Assembly: GCA_010093605.1 (NCBI GenBank)
Contig: MU004201.1
Location: forward strand, 404,289 to 437,855
DNA length: 33,567 bases
DNA from: Lophium mytilinum
Taxonomy: Eukaryota
Reading direction: 5' to 3'
Shown here: positions 33,253-33,567 of the stretch, piece by piece
Numbering within the stretch: the stretch's first letter is position 1
How the letters are laid out: every line of letters starts with the position of its first letter
Made by a program: the position numbers and the translations under genes
Notes under the pieces: generated by a model
Database searches by the model: none
Told to the model about the DNA's origin: nothing
What the model saw: the letters and a program-made list of their open reading frames with translations, nothing else

Positions 33253-33567
33253 TGCTAAATAATAGATATTCTAAATAAATTAGCATTACGTGCATTATAT
33301 ATAAACCATGTTCTAAATATATCTAGATAATATATTCTAGATAAATGAGGCCTATATTCATTCTGTATTAAATATAATCTAAATAAAACTAGAATGTAAA
33401 TACTATATAATGGATATTGTAAAATTATTTAGTACTAATAACAATATATATAAAATATATTTTAAACGTATCTCGATACTAGATAATAGATATTCTAAAT
33501 AAATTATACTATATGCATTGGATATAAATATATTCTAAATATACCTATTTACTAAATAATAAATATT
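33253..33567. repeat. Extremely AT-rich repetitive tract
   Basis: TAATAGATATTCTAAATAAATTA recurs at 33260 and 33484, with several TTCTA(A/G)ATA sub-repeats. Confidence 0.7.

Overview
Repeat-dense eukaryotic DNA, almost certainly from a filamentous ascomycete (Pezizomycotina). Nearly every reading frame is broken by TAA/TAG stops of the CAA/CAG/TGG-derived type made by repeat-induced point mutation (RIP), and several relics carry fungal-type introns. From left to right: the pol half of a Ty1/copia element (minus strand, 1-1959); about 11 kb of decayed non-TE-looking genes, including a probable captured EPL1 fragment and a 57-bp hairpin minisatellite; a two-intron Tc1 (DD34E) transposase; a structurally complete but RIP-inactivated 8.9-kb Ty3/gypsy element (229-bp LTRs, PBS, PPT, target duplication, -1 frameshift after the protease, integrase ending in an STPR-like repeat tail); a copia LTR-PBS-gag that stops in its zinc knuckle; a Myb-like gene with 19-aa repeats and one premature stop; and a second copia IN/RT fragment running into AT-rich DNA. 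The most notable readings are (i) the two copia halves fit together across a putative 26.5-kb inversion with 3-bp microhomology, (ii) the gypsy integrase tail, and (iii) the EPL1 fragment. All domain calls come from manual translation and motif recognition. No searches were run, and no intact functional gene could be confirmed.
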